Positions 59,045-64,000 of a stretch of 64,000 nt of DNA are shown here, piece by piece. Location of the stretch: positions 1 to 64,000 of IMG/VR virus record IMGVR_UViG_3300025138_009100; one strand, given 5' to 3'. Below the pieces are notes generated by a model. The model searched no databases. It worked only from the letters and a program-made list of their open reading frames with translations, and was not told the origin of the DNA. The position numbers and the translations under genes are program-made. The stretch is from a virus. How positions within the stretch are numbered: position 1 is the first letter of the stretch; the number at the start of each line of letters is the position of its first letter.

Positions 59045-59716
59045 CTAGCTCCTAAAAGGTTTTAAATTGGGGAATAATTTGTATCTTACATCCTGCCAGA
59101 TAGCACCGGATATAACCATAGACGCTTCGTTGTCAGATGGATAATGTACACCTTGTAAACATCTCGCAAGCCCTGAAAGATTTATTGTCTTAAAAAATTC
59201 AGATGAGTGATGTGGATACATATCCGAAAAAAGATACGCACCCATAGCGGTATATACAGTATGTCCCGAAGGATATGCTGGCGTTTGATGTGTGTCTGTC
59301 TCTGTCACATTTACCTTAATATTTAATAAGTCACCTAGCTGCTTTGGTCTAGGTCTGTTAAACTTATGTTTAAGGTTCATCACCAAAGGTTCTGCGATTT
59401 TCCATATTTTCTGAAAATCTTCTTTGGGTATAGGCTGCCCTATTTTTTTAAAGATAGGAACAAAAAGCTCTAGCGGTTCTTTGTCAACTAGCGTCACTAA
59501 GTTCTTTTCTTCATAGTTTAAGTTTTTAGTTAAACTTTCTAAGTATTTTAATTCGTACTTAGTTTCTTCTGAGGTATTTTTATGTGGTGCTGGCAGAACC
59601 CCCTCCCAGTCTATTGTGATATGTTTGGACACCTTCCAAGTTTTTGGGTTAGATGTGTACACAACAGAGTCTAGCCTTGTTGACAACGATTTATTAAATT
59701 CAGATATGATATCCAT
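59045..59716 (-). CDS. PAP2/vanadium haloperoxidase superfamily phosphatase
   Basis: KHKFNRPRP, YPSGH, RCLQGVHYPSD. Confidence 0.85.
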   Translation of the reverse strand: MDIISEFNKSLSTRLDSVVYTSNPKTWKVSKHITIDWEGVLPAPHKNTSEETKYELKYLESLTKNLNYEEKNLVTLVDKEPLELFVPIFKKIGQPIPKEDFQKIWKIAEPLVMNLKHKFNRPRPKQLGDLLNIKVNVTETDTHQTPAYPSGHTVYTAMGAYLFSDMYPHHSSEFFKTINLSGLARCLQGVHYPSDNEASMVISGAIWQDVRYKLFPNLKPFRS

Positions 59717-60021
59717 TATCTTCTATAGTTAAAGTAGTGATTAGTTGGCGCTTGATAACCGTTATAGAAATTAAATGTATTAACCCGTGGGATGTGATAG
59801 AATTGAGCATTCACCCCAACGGTTACAGTCCTTCTGTATGGATCAACATACGCACCGTTTATATTTAAAGTAGTTCCTTGTGGGAGCCATACAACATGAG
59901 GTTGATACCCAACGACCCTTTGGCGATAGCTATAACCCCAAGGCCACTGAGCCGAAACTGTATCACTCATGCTACAAAAACAGAAAGTTAAAACCAATGC
60001 TGCTGCTAATTTTTTAATCAT
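59716..60021 (-). CDS. Small secreted protein resembling a planctomycete secretin beta-hairpin
   Basis: Sec-type signal (MIKKLAAALVLTFCFC...VSA); VVGYQPHVVWLPQGTTLNI...DPYRRTVTVGVNAQF..I..VNTFNF. Confidence 0.55.
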   Translation of the reverse strand: MIKKLAAALVLTFCFCSMSDTVSAQWPWGYSYRQRVVGYQPHVVWLPQGTTLNINGAYVDPYRRTVTVGVNAQFYHIPRVNTFNFYNGYQAPTNHYFNYRR

Positions 60022-61247
60022 ACTACATCCTTTAAAATGTTCTTAGAATCTTCTTTTACAATACTGTGAGGTCTGCCATCCGTAGCAGTATACCGTGTCA
60101 ATTTAACCATGTCAAGATGATTATAGATAGTCCACGCTAAATCTTCTGGTCCACATCTTCCGCTTTCAAAATCGTCTGCGTTAGGAGTTGATGCCCCAAT
60201 CGTTCTCCCCATTTCATAACTCCCGCAACTAATCATAAGGGGAGCGAGTTTCCCAAAATGGTCGCGTCCTTGATTTTGATTCACCTTTGGGGTACGACCA
60301 AACTCAGAGGTTACAACAAGCATAACCCGTTCGTACATCCCTCTTGCTTCTAGCGTATCCATAACTTTAGCGAGATAGTGGTCTAGTTCTACCTGTTTTG
60401 TTGCAAGAGATTGGCCTATGTTTGTGTGCATATCCCAGCCACCATAACTTAACGATACAAACTTAGAGCCAGCTTCTAACAATCTAATCGCAGTAAGGGC
60501 ATCCTGCCCCAATGTTGCTTCCTTGAACTTATCATAATCTTTGTCGTTTTCTACTCTAAATGCCTTAGAACCATCACCAAGAATAATATCTACCGACTGA
60601 TTTCGCAGATCTCGCCAATCTTTAGACATTTGTTGGTCTTTTGCTAAGAAATTATTATCAATTACATTTAAAGCCTGTAATCTACGGTGAAAATCTTCGC
60701 TTTGCCCCAGCAGTCTAAGGTCTTTTCTACCTTCTTTTGTTGCATCAAAACCTGTATACTTTCCACCAAGCCATGCAGCACCGTTATGGTCGTACTGTCC
60801 TAGCTTGACATATGTGGGCAACCCGTCATCAGTGTTTACTCCGTGATGCTTACTCATCATAGACCCGTAACTAGGCCATTTAGAGCTTGTTCCCGCTCCG
60901 AAATTAGCCTCGCCTGTAACCATCCAATGAACAGCGGAAGCATGGTTCTGATCTCTGTGACCAAATGCTCTTGGGATTGCAATTTTATCTGTACGTTTAG
61001 ATAGTTCTGTAAACAAACCTCCTAGCTCCACCCCTGCTACGTTGGTTTTTATAGCTCCGGTTACAGATCGTCGGTCAGCAGGAGCAAATGGTACAGGATT
61101 AAAAGTCTCAATATGAGAAGCCCCACCGCCAAGAAAAAGGAATAATACTGCTGTATCGTCCTTCTTCTCATCTTCTGCATAAGTCGCCGTGACATTTCCA
61201 TAAGCAAATGTTGTCGCTCCTAATTTAACAAAATCTCTTCTTTTCAT
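60018..61247 (-). CDS. DUF1501 family protein with Tat signal peptide
   Basis: MKRRDFVK; LFLGGGASHIETFNP; WPSYGS; AIRLLEAGSKFV..GGWDMH; SEFGRTPKVN..GRDH; TIYNHL. Confidence 0.88.
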   Translation of the reverse strand: MKRRDFVKLGATTFAYGNVTATYAEDEKKDDTAVLFLFLGGGASHIETFNPVPFAPADRRSVTGAIKTNVAGVELGGLFTELSKRTDKIAIPRAFGHRDQNHASAVHWMVTGEANFGAGTSSKWPSYGSMMSKHHGVNTDDGLPTYVKLGQYDHNGAAWLGGKYTGFDATKEGRKDLRLLGQSEDFHRRLQALNVIDNNFLAKDQQMSKDWRDLRNQSVDIILGDGSKAFRVENDKDYDKFKEATLGQDALTAIRLLEAGSKFVSLSYGGWDMHTNIGQSLATKQVELDHYLAKVMDTLEARGMYERVMLVVTSEFGRTPKVNQNQGRDHFGKLAPLMISCGSYEMGRTIGASTPNADDFESGRCGPEDLAWTIYNHLDMVKLTRYTATDGRPHSIVKEDSKNILKDVV

Positions 61248-61251
61248 AATA

Positions 61252-62289
61252 TCATCCCGGTGCTTCGTAATAACCTATTGAAAATCCTTCTTTTGTACAT
61301 TCTTTAACGGTCTTTTTCATTCCGTCTTTTTTTATCTTCTCTCCTATATGTATACACATTGGAGTGTCTGTTTCCGGCCAATTATTCTTATAAAAGTGGC
61401 ATAGCTTAGTGCATTTCCAATGACTCCTGTCCTCCTTTAATGGCTTGGGAGATACATTATCTCTTATTCCCTCGAATTGTTTTCTGAGCATTCCTAAGAA
61501 TCTTTTCTCATCTTCTGGCCCAAGACAAATACTGAATGGCATTGGGTCAACTTTTCCGTCCTTATCCTTATAAAAGAAAATACTCATAATTCTATGCGGA
61601 AAATCTTTATATATTTTAGATATAGCGTAAAAGTATAATAACAATTGAGGATCTTGTTCTAGTTTTTTATAATCCTTTACTTGTCCTGTTATCCAGTCCA
61701 TTCTGCGACCGCTCTTCCAGTCGATAACTTCAATTGTATCATCTGAAATCAGCGTTGTTAAGTCGATAGTACCTTTAATTGCTAGTTGACCTTTTACAGT
61801 TTCTCCATCAATTTCATATTCAAATGTAGCCCAATCTTCTTCAATTGGTATATCAAATTGCGCCTCTGGGTGATAAATGTGCCTTTGCCTTGGGTCAAAA
61901 AGGCTGTCTGAATGAGTAAGAAAAGTAAAAACGGTATCTCTAACAACCTTCCTGTCTCCTTTTGTAAAGTTATGAATTGATCCTTCTGCATAGTCTGTTA
62001 CGGCTAATTCACACATTCTTTCTACGAATTCGTCTGTGTACAACTCATCCTTGGTGATTCTAATTTTACCGCACTTGTCGTCTTCAATGACTAAGTACTT
62101 TCTCTTAGGGTTTTCTTGCTGAAACTTTTTTAGACCAGCCAGAATTTCCATTACCTTGTGAGCCATAGTTCCTAGATCTGCTTTTTTGTTGCTGTCAGAT
62201 CTGTAGCCAAGCACATAGGTTAAAAAGTATTGCATTTGACAGAAATCGTAGTTGTTATAACTTGACGACCTAATATATGTTACTATCAT
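61252..62289 (-). CDS. Cas4/AddB-like PD-(D/E)xK exonuclease
   Basis: GTMAHKVME, IKGTIDL, IDWKSG, QLLLY; N-terminal Cys plus C-terminal CTKLC...C (Fe-S staple-like). Confidence 0.8.
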   Translation of the reverse strand: MIVTYIRSSSYNNYDFCQMQYFLTYVLGYRSDSNKKADLGTMAHKVMEILAGLKKFQQENPKRKYLVIEDDKCGKIRITKDELYTDEFVERMCELAVTDYAEGSIHNFTKGDRKVVRDTVFTFLTHSDSLFDPRQRHIYHPEAQFDIPIEEDWATFEYEIDGETVKGQLAIKGTIDLTTLISDDTIEVIDWKSGRRMDWITGQVKDYKKLEQDPQLLLYFYAISKIYKDFPHRIMSIFFYKDKDGKVDPMPFSICLGPEDEKRFLGMLRKQFEGIRDNVSPKPLKEDRSHWKCTKLCHFYKNNWPETDTPMCIHIGEKIKKDGMKKTVKECTKEGFSIGYYEAPG

Positions 62290-63077
62290 TAAATTTTCTC
62301 CAGTATAGATCTAACTTCAATTATGGTTTGTCCAATGTCAATATCTCTATTATCTAATACTCTCCAGAAATTAGAGTGATTATAATTATCTACGTCTAGC
62401 GCAGTTTCACTATCATGCTTGTCTTGATGTACGTCTCTTTCTAATCTTAATACTTTGCCTCCAGCTTTATTAATTGCTTCTACTTCGTTGGGGAATCTAA
62501 CGTCTGCAACGATAGAAAATTCACTACCCTCTTTTGTTATTTTACTGAGGCAAGCGTTGGTCCACACATTTGGGTGTATCTTTCGCATAATATCTGTCCC
62601 AAGAAATTGCATGAACTCTCTTGCGGTCATTTCCCCTTCTCTCCACCCCCAGCTTTTTCTTGCGTCAATTGGCATCTTTACCATGAGATTCATGTTTTGA
62701 TGACGTGGCATGTCTTCCCACCTTATGTCAGCAAGGGTTTCATTCTTTTGTTCGTCTGTCCCGTATGCCTGCTCATATGTAAATCCAAATAGATTTATAC
62801 ACATATCTTTTACGGGGTCGGCATAATTATAGAGTTTAACATAAGGCCACATGTTGTAGTGAGCATACTCCATAAATTCTTCATCTTTACGTTCTATGTC
62901 AAATTCACCCCAACCCTCTTTACCTTGAGCGTTAGTCGTTTTTATAACTAGTTTTCCTTGATCGCTTATATTATAATCAGTTATCAGTTTGTTTTTTAGT
63001 AAAACTTCTCCGTGGATAATATTCGCTACAGTTGTCTTGCCTGCCTGCTTTCTTCCAGATATGCCTAGAATCATCAA
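62289..63077 (-). CDS. Deoxynucleoside monophosphate kinase
   Basis: GISGRKQAGKTT, YADPVKD, REFMQFLGTD, DVRFPNE, HDSE. Confidence 0.88.
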   Translation of the reverse strand: MMILGISGRKQAGKTTVANIIHGEVLLKNKLITDYNISDQGKLVIKTTNAQGKEGWGEFDIERKDEEFMEYAHYNMWPYVKLYNYADPVKDMCINLFGFTYEQAYGTDEQKNETLADIRWEDMPRHQNMNLMVKMPIDARKSWGWREGEMTAREFMQFLGTDIMRKIHPNVWTNACLSKITKEGSEFSIVADVRFPNEVEAINKAGGKVLRLERDVHQDKHDSETALDVDNYNHSNFWRVLDNRDIDIGQTIIEVRSILEKI

Positions 63078-64000
63078 TAAAGTCCTTCTGCTTGAGATAA
63101 AATATGTTTCTGTATCTTTTTAACGGATGTATCTCCCACATCTTTCTTGGGCATGGGGGGATAAATTAAATTAAACATTCTGTTCAATTCTCTTTGTATC
63201 TTCATTCTTCCTTCTCTACCTGCCTGATCATTATCTGTTAGTACGACTAAGTCTGTCACTCCTGACTTTATTAGTAGTGACTTTTGAGTTTCAGAAATAT
63301 CTTTACCAAAAAGACCTACACAGTTCGTAACTCCCGCTTCGTACATTCTCCAAACATCACCTTGTCCTTCCACTAAAAATAAAGCATGTTTTTCCTTCGC
63401 CGTTTCTATTGCGTTGTCGTAATTATAAAGATACTCTGTTTTCTTAAATCCGGTAGAGAATAAATACTTTGGTTGTATAAAATTCTTTACTGCTCTAGCG
63501 ATATATGCTATCTCTTTTTTTTCAAAGGTAACTGGGATTATCGCGCGATTCCACATCTTGGAGTTTTTATCTATACAATCTTGTACTTCAAAATGAGCTA
63601 ATGTGTCAGGTAAAAATCCTCTTTTTTCAAAATAAAAAGAATTGTTTAGAGTTTCTACATCTCTTACGTATTCTGACTGCACGGTCTTTCTCTTTTTACT
63701 GAAGATGTTAACTATCTCGTCAAACTCGCTTTTTTTATTCTTTGGCTTTGTAGAAGTAGACTGGTATTCGTTGCCGATGTTATAAAGTTGACATACGTAT
63801 CTTAATGTGTCTGAAAAAGTTGAGTCTTCCCTAACACCTCTTATAAATCCGAAAATATCTGTACCGAAATCTTCGTGACAACTACGAGTCCAGCACCTCC
63901 AGTTCTTTTGTTTTAAAGATATTGACAATCCTTTATCATTATCACCTCCATGTATAGGACACCTCATGAAAACATTGTCAGACATAGATTCATAGTCTAT
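63074..64000 (-). CDS. DnaG-like DNA primase (Zn finger + TOPRIM), 5' partial
   Basis: CPIH...WRCWTRSC, PKYL, LVEGQGDV, TDNDQAG, KDVGD; the frame stays open to the window edge (IDYESMSD...). Confidence 0.88.
   Translation of the reverse strand: MDYESMSDNVFMRCPIHGGDNDKGLSISLKQKNWRCWTRSCHEDFGTDIFGFIRGVREDSTFSDTLRYVCQLYNIGNEYQSTSTKPKNKKSEFDEIVNIFSKKRKTVQSEYVRDVETLNNSFYFEKRGFLPDTLAHFEVQDCIDKNSKMWNRAIIPVTFEKKEIAYIARAVKNFIQPKYLFSTGFKKTEYLYNYDNAIETAKEKHALFLVEGQGDVWRMYEAGVTNCVGLFGKDISETQKSLLIKSGVTDLVVLTDNDQAGREGRMKIQRELNRMFNLIYPPMPKKDVGDTSVKKIQKHILSQAEGLY

Noticed and set aside
61252-62289. Cas4-like nuclease as a sign of a CRISPR-Cas locus
   Set aside because: No repeat-spacer array or other cas genes were seen; solo Cas4-like nucleases are common in phage replication modules.
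29444-62792. Short + strand and alternate-frame ORFs across the minus-strand region (e.g. 29444, 47454, 54810, 57908, 58542)
   Set aside because: They overlap motif-supported genes and have no independent support.
1-64000. Stop-codon reassignment
   Set aside because: Code 11 gives dense, long ORFs, and TAA, TGA and TAG all end genes at sensible boundaries.
1-64000. tRNA genes, structured ncRNAs, DGR or nucleotide tandem repeats
   Set aside because: Intergenic gaps are under ~90 nt and largely explained by promoters, SDs or terminators; no reverse transcriptase is present. Repeats within coding regions could be missed by eye.

Overview
Fragment of a large, AT-rich dsDNA tailed-phage genome using the standard genetic code. 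The host is probably a Planctomycete (inferred from a Tat-signal DUF1501 gene, a planctomycete-secretin-like mini protein and a Phycisphaerae-type Cys repeat). Two convergent halves meet at a pair of intrinsic terminators at ~28.8 kb. The + strand (1-28818) is a virion module: the end of a tape-measure gene, a 4956-aa multidomain protein (two 7-blade propellers, Calx-beta, LamG, GIFT/GATase-like domains) and five more putative structural genes. The - strand (28881-64000) carries replication genes: primase, dNMP kinase, Cas4-like nuclease, SSB, a probable annealing protein, and a DnaE split into two genes without an intein, with a DEDDh exonuclease and an HNH gene between the halves. It also carries a ~21.5-kb glycan cluster with about nine glycosyltransferase-like genes, Fcl, RmlB, FdtA, DegT, a PseB-like dehydratase, NeuA/NeuB, a GT29 sialyltransferase-like gene, methyltransferases and apparent pseudo-enzymes. 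The best candidate for a new system is phage-encoded virion O-glycosylation on Ser-Gly sites: SG is strongly enriched in several virion proteins but not in an apparently foreign N-terminal insert of the giant protein. No tRNA, rRNA or CRISPR array was seen. All calls come from motif recognition by eye; no database searches were run.
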